The position numbers and the translations under genes are program-made. The notes under the pieces were generated by a model. That model did no database searches. It was not told the DNA's origin and worked only from the letters and a program-made list of their open reading frames with translations. 60,807 bases of DNA from a virus. Taxonomy: Duplodnaviria > Caudoviricetes. Of the stretch, positions 19,092 to 28,181 are shown in pieces (within the stretch, counting starts at the first letter, position 1; each line of letters opens with the position of its first letter). The stretch spans positions 1-60,807 of the IMG/VR virus record IMGVR_UViG_3300045944_000168; one strand, given 5' to 3'.

Positions 19092-19185
19092 AGTCGATGA
19101 CGGGATTACAAAGGCAAATTAATGAACTAAAACCACAGTTGGAAGCGTTGATTCGATAACGCCTCCTCGTTCTTAGGAGAACGGT

Positions 19186-19234
19186 AAAGGCCACGATGGT
19201 CCGAGTTTTTAGCTCGGCTGTCGTGGCCTTTTTT
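19186..19234 (+). terminator. long hairpin with U-tract
   Basis: AAGGCCACGA..CCGAG/CTCGG..TCGTGGCCTT followed by TTTT. Confidence 0.65.
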
Positions 19235-19276
19235 ATTAGCTTTGACGGAAACGCCGAAGCGCGAGAGGGAGAGACG

Positions 19277-20146
19277 ATGAGCACGGTTGCAGAACAGACA
19301 GACGCAGTGGTCGAACCGGGTGGACCGGGTGGACCGGTCGATGAAGCAGCCATTCTGGCCGCGTCATTTGCTGAAGGGTTTTCCGGAAAGGAGACGGAAC
19401 CGCCTCAACCGGAAGCTAGCCAAGAGGAGCAGTCTGTTGTGAAACCGGCGGTTGTCGACCAACCACCGGGGCCGAAGTACGTGCAGCTGACAGAAGACGA
19501 ACATCGGGACCTCCTCAAGATTCGTGACTTACAAGGCAAACTCGATACGGGATTCGGCACGTTAGGACAATTGCAGCAAACCATGAAGGAGCTGCGGGAG
19601 TCGTGGAAGACGGGTGCCGGATTCGATGTGTCGGATGACGATTTTGCTGAGCTGAAGGCGGAATTTCCCGAACTGGCAGCGATGTATCAGAAGGGGATGA
19701 ACCGCATTCTTCAGCGTTTGAAGGTCCCGACACAAGTGCAAGCGCTCGACGAAGGGCAACTCAAGGACAAAATCTCGATGGAGCTGGCAGCGAAGGAGTT
19801 GGAAGACGAGTACCCCGACTGGAGGACGATCGTTGGGCCGGCTGGAACGGAAACGCCGTTTCGGCAATGGGTCTCGACACTCCATGAGGTTGACCAAAAG
19901 AAGATCTGGGGAAGCCGAAATCCACGCTATCTCGCACGGCAATTAGACAAATTTACGGAGGCGGCGGCATCGAAGCCGGAGACGAAGCCTCCAGAAAAAC
20001 CATTATCAAAGCTTCCTGATCGGACGGCACAACTTAAGGCAGCGGTCCCTGTGAAACGGGTGACGCCGCCATCCTCGCCGGTCGATGAGGGAGGATTCAG
20101 CTCGGGATTCGCCGAAGAGTTTAAGGCGATGGGACTCAAGAGCTGA
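19277..20146 (+). CDS. capsid scaffolding protein
   Basis: Acidic, helical; directly upstream of the major capsid gene. Confidence 0.65.
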   Translation: MSTVAEQTDAVVEPGGPGGPVDEAAILAASFAEGFSGKETEPPQPEASQEEQSVVKPAVVDQPPGPKYVQLTEDEHRDLLKIRDLQGKLDTGFGTLGQLQQTMKELRESWKTGAGFDVSDDDFAELKAEFPELAAMYQKGMNRILQRLKVPTQVQALDEGQLKDKISMELAAKELEDEYPDWRTIVGPAGTETPFRQWVSTLHEVDQKKIWGSRNPRYLARQLDKFTEAAASKPETKPPEKPLSKLPDRTAQLKAAVPVKRVTPPSSPVDEGGFSSGFAEEFKAMGLKS

Positions 20147-20167
20147 ACAGGAAAGGACTAATTCATC

Positions 20168-21232
20168 ATGCAACAGTACGCAACAACCGTCGCTCGCATT
20201 GGGAAATTTGCCGGGAAGGTCCTGGCCCATGCGGTGTGTGAAGAGATTTTAGCGAAGATGGGGGAACAGATCCCCATGCCGACCAATAAAAGCGATCTGA
20301 TGATCTGTCGTCGGTGGTTGCCGTATGGCGCCACGGCGACAAGTGCAAACAGCCAAAATCGATTCTATCAGGATGGCAACGGTGATCGGGCACTAACGAT
20401 CGTGCAGGCGCACCAAACGCAGGACGGCGTGACGCCGACGCCAGATACGATCGTACCGGTCGATGTCAGCGCACAGATTCTGCAATACACCTGTTTGTAC
20501 GGCTATACCGATAAAACGGCGTTGTTATTTGAAGACGATATTCCTGCGCAGATGAAAGTTCAGGTTGGGGAGCGGGTTGCATTCGTCAATGAATTGAAGA
20601 TCTACGGTGAGCTGCGGGCGAGCACCAATCAATTTTATGGAGGGAGCGGAACCAGCCTATCAACGGTCAATGGTGCTTTAACGTTGGGGCTGTTGCGGAA
20701 AATCACGAAAGCGTTAGATGCGAACCATGCCAAGCCGATCAACAAGATGTTATCGGCGTCCGAGAAATATGGCACCACACCGGTTCGGATGGGTTGGGGG
20801 GTATACATTCATCCAGACATGGCCCCGGACGTGCGGAATTTGCCGGGGTTTGAAGATTCCTCGAAGTACGCATCGGGGACGCCACTGCCTGGCGAGTTAG
20901 GCAAGTGCGAAGAGTTTCGTTTCATCAAACACCCCGATATGCCGCCGATCCAGAACGGAGGAGCCGCGATTGGGGGAACGAACCTCTATTCGACGAGCGG
21001 CACCAGCATCGATGTGTACCCCTTCATTGTGTTGGCGATGGACGCTTTTGCGCAGATTTCGCTGCGCGGAGAAACGGCGATTAAGCCGACGCACTTGCCG
21101 ACTGGGCAAAAAGATAAGGCGGACATTTTCGGGCAGCGCGGCTATGTGGGAGCCATGTGGTGGAAGGCCGTGCTGCGCAAGAACGATGGCTGGATGGCGA
21201 TCGGCAATGTTGGTGTGAAGAACCTCGAATAA
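20168..21232 (+). CDS. major capsid protein (N4-gp56 family)
   Basis: PMPTNKS...RRW, DGVTP, HPD, GELG, DKADIFGQRGYVG. Confidence 0.9.
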   Translation: MQQYATTVARIGKFAGKVLAHAVCEEILAKMGEQIPMPTNKSDLMICRRWLPYGATATSANSQNRFYQDGNGDRALTIVQAHQTQDGVTPTPDTIVPVDVSAQILQYTCLYGYTDKTALLFEDDIPAQMKVQVGERVAFVNELKIYGELRASTNQFYGGSGTSLSTVNGALTLGLLRKITKALDANHAKPINKMLSASEKYGTTPVRMGWGVYIHPDMAPDVRNLPGFEDSSKYASGTPLPGELGKCEEFRFIKHPDMPPIQNGGAAIGGTNLYSTSGTSIDVYPFIVLAMDAFAQISLRGETAIKPTHLPTGQKDKADIFGQRGYVGAMWWKAVLRKNDGWMAIGNVGVKNLE

Positions 21233-21256
21233 CCATTTATGGAGTGAGGACTGATT

Positions 21257-21763
21257 ATGCTTGGCAAAATTAGTGAACATCTCCAAGGGGTTGTTGATAG
21301 TTCGTCGCGCATGGCGTTGTCGAACATTCTGCGACCGTTGGGAGATCGGCACGCCTGCCGGATGTTGAATTCGGCAGCGTTAGCAGGCACAGCCGTGACG
21401 GTGCCATCGACGGGGGCGGTGTCGTATTTGCTTGTGGCGAACGTGTTGCGCACGATTGGCAGCTCACAGGCACTGGCCGCACTGGCCGGCACAGTCGTGA
21501 ACGCCACGTTCAACGTGTTTCTGTACCTCGTGAATGCGTCGGGGACCCTCTCAACGAAAATCGGATTGCCGGGAGCGACCCTCGCGGCAGTCCGGTTTCC
21601 GGAGATTCCCGAAGGCTTAACGGTCATTGGATTTACGATCATCAATCCCACTGGGACGGGGGATTTTGTCGGTGGGACCACGAACTTTAACGATGCGACG
21701 GTTGTTCCGAACGCAGTGCATATTAGCATTGTTGGGGAATTCGATCCGTCGATTAAGGTGTAA
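21257..21763 (+). CDS. virion structural protein (capsid-associated)
   Basis: Follows the capsid gene; Ala/Gly/Thr-rich beta composition. Confidence 0.55.
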   Translation: MLGKISEHLQGVVDSSSRMALSNILRPLGDRHACRMLNSAALAGTAVTVPSTGAVSYLLVANVLRTIGSSQALAALAGTVVNATFNVFLYLVNASGTLSTKIGLPGATLAAVRFPEIPEGLTVIGFTIINPTGTGDFVGGTTNFNDATVVPNAVHISIVGEFDPSIKV

Positions 21764-21778
21764 GAAAGGAACACGATT

Positions 21779-22261
21779 ATGGATCAGCTTTCGCAGCAAC
21801 CATTAACCCTGTGTACCGTGAAAGCAGCGTTAGCTGCCGGGACAACGACCACCCTTACCAATACCGGCACCATCGCGTTTTGCATTAAGGGGAAAGCCTA
21901 CAGCAAAGCAGCGATGACCAATGCCACGACGCCTACGGCGGACGCGGCGACGGGTGCTACATTTGTCGCTGTGGGCGTCAATAAAGGCTCGGTCTTTGTC
22001 ATTGGGCTTGATGCGGCCGGCGCCTTGAAGGTGACGCAAGGCAAGATCACGGATCTGGATAGTTCGGGGGCGTTTATCACAGCTCCGGAATTCGGGCCGG
22101 TGCCGTCCAGTGTCTGTCCGATCGGGTACCTTGTGACCAAGGTCGGCGCCACGGGATCACCTTGGACGTTTGGGGCAAGCAACCTCGCTGGTCCTCCGAC
22201 AGGAGTGACGCATACCTTTGTCGATCTTATGACGATGCCGGAGCGTCCGCAAGTGAGTTAA
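21779..22261 (+). CDS. virion structural protein (capsid-associated)
   Basis: Position; resembles the preceding ORF (PE..P....IG). Confidence 0.55.
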   Translation: MDQLSQQPLTLCTVKAALAAGTTTTLTNTGTIAFCIKGKAYSKAAMTNATTPTADAATGATFVAVGVNKGSVFVIGLDAAGALKVTQGKITDLDSSGAFITAPEFGPVPSSVCPIGYLVTKVGATGSPWTFGASNLAGPPTGVTHTFVDLMTMPERPQVS

Positions 22262-22274
22262 TGCCTAATGCAAT

Positions 22275-22317
22275 AGGCAGTATGCGCGGGGAGCAATCCT
22301 CCCCGCGCCGATTGCCT
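22275..22317 (+). terminator. GC-rich intergenic hairpin
   Basis: GCGCGGGGA/TCCCCGCGC stem extended by AGGCAGT/ATTGCCT; no U-tract. Confidence 0.4.
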
Positions 22318-22328
22318 GAAGGAGGGAT

Positions 22329-22880
22329 ATGGAAGCATCAACGCAGAGTCGTCCGATTAAGCGTCCGTCGAAAGATTTGTATCCCGATGCGGAAAAGATC
22401 GAACAGCCGAGCGATCACGATCTCGGCCTTGGGGAAACGCCGTTTCAACGTCCGTCGCCGAGTGAGGTGATTGTTGAGCCGAATCCAGTGCGGATGGAGT
22501 ATGCCGAGGAGCTGCGATTCAACGAAGATCCGGTAACGATCATTGCGCATACGTCGGCGGACCCTAATGCGCCGTTGTATATCGAAGGGTGGGTGAATGG
22601 GCGTGGGGTGGAACGATGGCTGGAGGGCCTTGGCTGGTGTGAGGTGAAATTCATTCCCGTGGGCGAACCGGTCACCGTCAAGCGGAAATACGTGGAGCAA
22701 TGGTTGCGTGGGCGTACGGTGGGGGTGCAGACCGTGGAGGATAAAGCGGACGGTAGTGAACCGCGCAACATGTTGCGGCGCATTGTGTCCGGGACGCATA
22801 CGATACAGATCGTTGAAGACCGAAACCCGCGCGGGGCCGAATGGGCGCGTCGATTGATGCGGATGACCGTCGCAGCGTAA
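22329..22880 (+). CDS. conserved phage hypothetical protein
   Basis: GGAGG RBS; VNG...V.RKYVE...D.NPRG..W. Confidence 0.65.
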   Translation: MEASTQSRPIKRPSKDLYPDAEKIEQPSDHDLGLGETPFQRPSPSEVIVEPNPVRMEYAEELRFNEDPVTIIAHTSADPNAPLYIEGWVNGRGVERWLEGLGWCEVKFIPVGEPVTVKRKYVEQWLRGRTVGVQTVEDKADGSEPRNMLRRIVSGTHTIQIVEDRNPRGAEWARRLMRMTVAA

Positions 22881-22893
22881 GGAGCGTTACGCC

Positions 22894-23628
22894 ATGCCCA
22901 TTGGATCGTCTACGGCGTCGCTCGACGGGCAAGCGACGTTCCTCGAAATCTGTCAACAGGCTGTGCAGGAATGCCGGCTGGCCCATGGGGCGAATCGATT
23001 GCCGACTTCGGTGATGGCGCAAGTCGGGGAATTGCGGCGCCTCGTGGATTGGACGGCGGAAGCTTGGTTTGAAATTCAATCGCTGCATCCGAACTGGAAT
23101 TTTAAGCGTCATACCACCACGTTTGTGACTGTTCTGGGCCAAGCAGAATATGCGACGGTTGAATGTAATGTGGATCCCGGCACGTTTGGGCGATGGGTGC
23201 CAGACTCCTTTCGGTGTTATGAAACGGCGGTGGGCCTCTCCTCAGAGCAGCATTTGACGGACATGCCCTATGCGGCATGGCGAGACACCTATCAGTTCGG
23301 TACGATTCGGACCTCGACGGCGCGTCCAAATGTCATCACGCAACTTCCCAATAACGGCTTAGGGCTCGGGTTTGCGCCGCTCGCGGGGTACACCATTCTC
23401 GGCGATTATTTTACCGCGCCGATTCGCATGGAGACCGATGAAGAAATCCCCGAATTGCCGATTGCGCACAGCTACATGATCATTGTGTACAAGGCGATGA
23501 CGTATTACGGCGAAGCTGAGTCCGCGATGGAAGTTCTTTCGAGAGGAGAACGTGGCTATAGCCGGTTGTTGACTGCTTTGCAGGAGGATCAATTGCCGCA
23601 ACTCGTGATGGCAGGAGCGATGTGGTAA
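22894..23628 (+). CDS. head-tail adaptor
   Basis: TFLEICQ..., WNF, IVYKAM..Y; position upstream of the nozzle gene. Confidence 0.7.
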   Translation: MPIGSSTASLDGQATFLEICQQAVQECRLAHGANRLPTSVMAQVGELRRLVDWTAEAWFEIQSLHPNWNFKRHTTTFVTVLGQAEYATVECNVDPGTFGRWVPDSFRCYETAVGLSSEQHLTDMPYAAWRDTYQFGTIRTSTARPNVITQLPNNGLGLGFAPLAGYTILGDYFTAPIRMETDEEIPELPIAHSYMIIVYKAMTYYGEAESAMEVLSRGERGYSRLLTALQEDQLPQLVMAGAMW

Positions 23629-25718
23629 CGATGCCGACTGCACGCACTCCTATCCGTGCGCTTCCAACGATCGAGTATGCCACCATCGAATTTAAAGGTG
23701 GGCTTGATCAAGTCACGCCGGTTCTGCGCTTAGATCCTGGTGTGCCGCGCGATGCGCTCAATTATGAGTGTGCGATCACCGGGGGGCATACGCGAATTGG
23801 GGGATATGAGCGCTACGATGGTCGGTTCAAGCCGGCGGATGCAACGTATTCAATTATTCAGGTGACGGGGTTTGCGAATGTCCCGAGTGTGGGGCAAACC
23901 TTAACCGGACAAACAACCGGAACCACGGCGACCATTGTCGCGGTGGACGAAGCGAAAAATTATATGGCGGTGACGTTGATTGTCGGCGCGGGGTTTTCCA
24001 CGTCGGAAATCGTCAAGGTTGGCACCACTACCATTGGAGTTGCGACCATCGTGACCGTATTCGTGAATGCCCGGTCAAACTCCATTTATCTGAATGCCGC
24101 GGCCGATGTGTACCGTGCGTTGATTGCGGCGCCGCCAGGGTCCGGCGCGATCCGCGGCGTGTTTTCGATGGTCAACGGCAATGTACATGAGGTCTTTGCC
24201 TTTCGCAACAACGCCGGGGGGACCGCGTGCGTACTGCATAAAGCGTCGGTATCGGGGTGGACTGTTGTGCCGTATTTGCATGAAGTTGCATTTACCGGTG
24301 GTAGTGTTGCGCCAACTGAAGGGTTGACCATTACGCAGGGAGCGAATTCTGCCACGGTGCGACGGGTGATGGTGGAATCTGGAACCTGGGGCGGGGGGAC
24401 GGCTGCGGGACGATTGATTATCACGGCGCCGACTCCAGGGAACTTCTCAGCGGGAGCATTGACGACGGGTGGAACCTTAACGCTTGCTGGTGCGCAGACG
24501 GCTATTACGATGTTGCCAAGTGGAACGTTTGAATTTGATGTAGGAAATTTTTCCGGCGCGGCGGGCACACAGCGGATCTATGGGTGCGATGGGTCGAATC
24601 GATGCTTTGAGTTCGACGGCGTGACGTTAGCGCCGATTAAAACAGGACTGACCACTGATGCGCCGACGCATATTGCCGTGCATCAAAATCATTTATTTGT
24701 GAGTTATAAAAGCTCGGTACTGCATTCAGGGATCGGGACGCCGTTTAATTTCACGGCTCTGGCCGGCGCGGCGGAATACGGAACGAGTTTTGTCGTGACC
24801 GGATTCAAGGTGCAGCCTGGCGCGCAGGATACCCCATCGATCTTGATTACGCTGACCCATGGTCTGCGTATCATGTACGGATCGGCGGCGGCGGGATCGA
24901 ATCCGTTCCGCCTTGTGAATTTTCATACTGAGACCGGCGGGGCGGCACGGAGTCTCCAGACCCTGGATCGATCGTACTTTCTTGGGGCAACGGGGGTGCT
25001 GGATTTGGCGCGCGTTCAAGAGTTCGGCAATTTTGCGGCAGCCTCGCTCACGTTTTCCATGCAGCCCTATGTTGAATCGAAACGCACGTTGGTCTCTGCG
25101 AGTTGTACTCATAAAACCAAAAGTCAGTATCGACTGTTCTTCTCAGATGGCAGCGGCCTCTACTTGACGATTGTGAATGGAAAGCCGGTTGGCGCGATGC
25201 CTATCCTCTTTCCTAATCCTGTGACGTGCGCGTTTAATGGGCAATTGTCAAACGGGGTCGAGGTGATTTATTTCGGGTCGACGAACGGCATGGTGTACCA
25301 GTTGGAACGGGGCTCCTCGTTTGATGGAGAGGCGATTGATTACTATTTGACTCCCAATTGGGCGTCGATGAAATCGCCTCGAATTTTGAAGTCGTACCGG
25401 AAGGCGAGCCTTGAAATGTACGGAGATAGCTATGCGGAAGTGGTGTTTAGCTATCATCGTGGATACAGCTCTCCTGAATATGCTGAGCAATCAGGCATTA
25501 CGTATGCCTCGAATTTTCAAGGGGTGCCTCGGTGGGATAGCGGTATTACGTGGGATGCGTTTGTCTGGGATGGATCGACCTTGGGACCGACAGAAATTGA
25601 AGTGAGCGGGGATGGTGAAAATATTCGAGGTCGGTTAGGCGGCAGTTCTGACTACATTTATCCGTTTACAGTGAGTTCACTCACGTTTTCGTATATTCCG
25701 CGTCGAGGGATTAAATGA
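23622..25718 (+). CDS. tail nozzle / tubular protein
   Basis: GGL...P...NYE...GG.RI.GYER N-terminus; beta-propeller-like composition. Confidence 0.7.
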   Translation: MVTMPTARTPIRALPTIEYATIEFKGGLDQVTPVLRLDPGVPRDALNYECAITGGHTRIGGYERYDGRFKPADATYSIIQVTGFANVPSVGQTLTGQTTGTTATIVAVDEAKNYMAVTLIVGAGFSTSEIVKVGTTTIGVATIVTVFVNARSNSIYLNAAADVYRALIAAPPGSGAIRGVFSMVNGNVHEVFAFRNNAGGTACVLHKASVSGWTVVPYLHEVAFTGGSVAPTEGLTITQGANSATVRRVMVESGTWGGGTAAGRLIITAPTPGNFSAGALTTGGTLTLAGAQTAITMLPSGTFEFDVGNFSGAAGTQRIYGCDGSNRCFEFDGVTLAPIKTGLTTDAPTHIAVHQNHLFVSYKSSVLHSGIGTPFNFTALAGAAEYGTSFVVTGFKVQPGAQDTPSILITLTHGLRIMYGSAAAGSNPFRLVNFHTETGGAARSLQTLDRSYFLGATGVLDLARVQEFGNFAAASLTFSMQPYVESKRTLVSASCTHKTKSQYRLFFSDGSGLYLTIVNGKPVGAMPILFPNPVTCAFNGQLSNGVEVIYFGSTNGMVYQLERGSSFDGEAIDYYLTPNWASMKSPRILKSYRKASLEMYGDSYAEVVFSYHRGYSSPEYAEQSGITYASNFQGVPRWDSGITWDAFVWDGSTLGPTEIEVSGDGENIRGRLGGSSDYIYPFTVSSLTFSYIPRRGIK

Positions 25719-26638
25719 AAAAACTCGCGTTAAGTTGTGCGTTTGTGCTGGGCACGTTCTCCATCGTGTGGGGGGTGAACGAATATTATTCACACGGGAG
25801 TTTTCCGTCGCCGTCGTCGCCGGCTACATCGGCATCGATGCGGGCTGAGTTTGATTTAATTTCGTCGGGGTTTGATAAGCTTCCGGTCCTGACTGGGAAT
25901 GGTGGCAAGCTCATCCAGATCAATGGTGGTGGCACGGCGTTGTCGGTCATGCCTGGTGGGTCATTATCTTTAGGTGGCAATCTTGTCTTTAGCGGGGCCT
26001 ATAACACGACGTTTGTTCAGCAACAGACGACGACGCTGACGCTTCCTAGCACCAATGGTACGTTGGTAACGGCGCAGGGCGTTGAGACCCTCTCGAATAA
26101 AGCGCTGAACCTTTCTAATTCCACATTGACCGGTACTACAGCGCAATTCAACAACAGTTTATCGGACGGTGATTTTGCCACTTTAGGAGGCATTGAAACC
26201 CTCACGAGTAAACTGATTCAGTTTCCCGCGTTACAGAATTCTTCGTCCAACGCGAATACGTTGGACGATTACGAAGAGGGAAGTTGGACGCCCAGTGTGG
26301 GCGGCACAGCGACGTATACCACGCAGAACGGGCATTACGTCAAGGTTGGGCGCCTGGTGTGTTTGAACGGACTGCTGACGATCAATACGATTGGCACGGG
26401 AAACCCCAATACGATTTCAGGGATACCGTTTAGTCCGACCTATGACGTAGCCATTCCGATTTCGCGGACAGCGAACCTGTCAACGTCCGTGACTTCGATT
26501 TCGGGGGTCATTTTTGGTGGGTTTTTGTCGGTGGCGCTCTATTCGCGCACAGCAGCCTCAACGTCTGATGCGCAAAACAGCGTGTTAGGGAACGGCTCCT
26601 CATTTAGCTTGTCCGGCTGTTATTCCACAGCGACCTAG
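25715..26638 (+). CDS. tail fibre protein with N-terminal signal peptide
   Basis: MKKLALSCAFVLGTFSIVWG| then NEYYSH..P...MRAEFDLI..GFDKLP; C-terminal LDDYEEGSWTP...YVKVGRLV. Confidence 0.7.
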   Translation: MKKLALSCAFVLGTFSIVWGVNEYYSHGSFPSPSSPATSASMRAEFDLISSGFDKLPVLTGNGGKLIQINGGGTALSVMPGGSLSLGGNLVFSGAYNTTFVQQQTTTLTLPSTNGTLVTAQGVETLSNKALNLSNSTLTGTTAQFNNSLSDGDFATLGGIETLTSKLIQFPALQNSSSNANTLDDYEEGSWTPSVGGTATYTTQNGHYVKVGRLVCLNGLLTINTIGTGNPNTISGIPFSPTYDVAIPISRTANLSTSVTSISGVIFGGFLSVALYSRTAASTSDAQNSVLGNGSSFSLSGCYSTAT

Positions 26639-26650
26639 AAAGGATCTGGT

Positions 26651-27043
26651 ATGGCGGCGATTCAACCAACAATTACGCACAAAGTCGGCGATGAAGACGG
26701 CTCGTTGATGTTTGCGGTATGGGTGCTGTCAACGACCGATAATATCGGGATCGGGGTACCCATGGCGGAATGGATTGACCGCACCTGGCACGTCAAGATT
26801 GATGGGGGGGGATCGATTGGCGGCGGGACCGTCGCGGTTGAGACGGCGCCGTCCGATACCAATGCGGACTACGCGGCGTGCAAGAATGCGGCTGGTGGGG
26901 CAGCGATTTCGCTCACGGGTGCGACGTGCGCCACCAGTATTGAAAATGTGGGGTTTATGCGACCGAAACTGAACGGGTCAACGGGGGCGTCTGGGGTGCG
27001 TGTCACTCTTCTGGCGCGTCGTCCGAATACCATGAGGCAATAA
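26651..27043 (+). CDS. tail-region hypothetical protein
   Basis: AAGGA RBS; beta-rich. Confidence 0.6.
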   Translation: MAAIQPTITHKVGDEDGSLMFAVWVLSTTDNIGIGVPMAEWIDRTWHVKIDGGGSIGGGTVAVETAPSDTNADYAACKNAAGGAAISLTGATCATSIENVGFMRPKLNGSTGASGVRVTLLARRPNTMRQ

Positions 27044-27044
27044 G

Positions 27045-27584
27045 ATGGGAAAAACTACGGCATCAGTGGATACGCTCGATCGGCTCGCGGTGCAGCTGTC
27101 CGGGATTCAGGAAGCGGCCAAGCAGCTACGGGAAATCGGTTCGTATGACGGCGCGATCGAAGAATTGAAGAAGCAGAAGGAAACATTGCTCAAGGAGATC
27201 GAGGTTGAGCGGACGACGCTGAGCGAACTGCAGAAAACAATTCAGGCGTCGATTGCCAACGCACAACATGAGGTCGATGAGATCCGCAATACAGCCGCAA
27301 GCATCATCGACGATGCAAAAAGGCAAGCCACGAAAATCGTGCAGGATGCAGAAGCGAAGGCCGTGCAGCGTGCGGCAACAGAACGCACCAAACGGGAAGG
27401 AGATTTGTCCGGCATCCAAAAGCAGATCGATGAAGAAACGATCAAACTGAATGGGATGAAGGCGAAAACCGCACAGGCGCTTGCAAAGATTGATGCGATA
27501 GAAAAACGGGCTCAGGACGCGCAACAGGCACTTGAATCAATTCAAAATGCGGTGAAGGCGCAGGCGAAAGCGCTCGCGGAATGA
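27045..27584 (+). CDS. coiled-coil protein
   Basis: Heptad-rich in A/E/K/Q. Confidence 0.65.
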   Translation: MGKTTASVDTLDRLAVQLSGIQEAAKQLREIGSYDGAIEELKKQKETLLKEIEVERTTLSELQKTIQASIANAQHEVDEIRNTAASIIDDAKRQATKIVQDAEAKAVQRAATERTKREGDLSGIQKQIDEETIKLNGMKAKTAQALAKIDAIEKRAQDAQQALESIQNAVKAQAKALAE

Positions 27585-27593
27585 GTCCACGCC

Positions 27594-27722
27594 ATGCTGA
27601 CGCCAGCGGTAATGATCGCGCTGAAGTTGCTGCAGGGAGCCAGTAACGTTGGAGAGGGGGGCGGAGGGAGCGGAGCGTTGACGTTGTGGCGCCCCACGTG
27701 GATTCCGAGGAGACGTGGATAA
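27594..27722 (+). CDS. small tail-region peptide
   Basis: MLTPAVMIALKLLQ...WRPTWIPRRRG; fills the gap between two genes. Confidence 0.35.
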   Translation: MLTPAVMIALKLLQGASNVGEGGGGSGALTLWRPTWIPRRRG

Positions 27723-28181
27723 GTGTCGGACAATTTTCAGACCGATGCATCGGCGGGTGACGGAAAGACCTTTGCGAGTGATGAAGTTGTTGGGGGGCCG
27801 ACTGGAGGGACGTGTGATTATCCACTCTCAAAACTTGCGTTTGGTCCGCTGGATGCCGCCACGATTGTTGACGATGCGGCCGGGGCTCGATTCCCTGTTA
27901 AGGTTAGCGATGGGCTTGGTGCTGCGGCGGTTTTATCTGGACAGATTTCTCTCTCAGGAGCGGAGTCTGCGCTCTCGGCGGCTGTGGCGAGACGATTCAA
28001 GCTGAAAGCCCATGTGGACAATACTGATGTGGTGTATGTAGGGACGACCGGTGTTACCACGAGTAGTGGCTATCCGCTCTGGCCAGGAGATCCGATGGAT
28101 GTTGAGGTCTCAAATTTGAACGTCGTGCATGCCATTGTGGGATCCGGGACACAGAAGCTGAGTTATTTAGGGTTTGTGTGA
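27723..28181 (+). CDS. tail-region structural protein
   Basis: KAHVDNTDVVYVG...GYPL.PG motif. Confidence 0.6.
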   Translation: MSDNFQTDASAGDGKTFASDEVVGGPTGGTCDYPLSKLAFGPLDAATIVDDAAGARFPVKVSDGLGAAAVLSGQISLSGAESALSAAVARRFKLKAHVDNTDVVYVGTTGVTTSSGYPLWPGDPMDVEVSNLNVVHAIVGSGTQKLSYLGFV

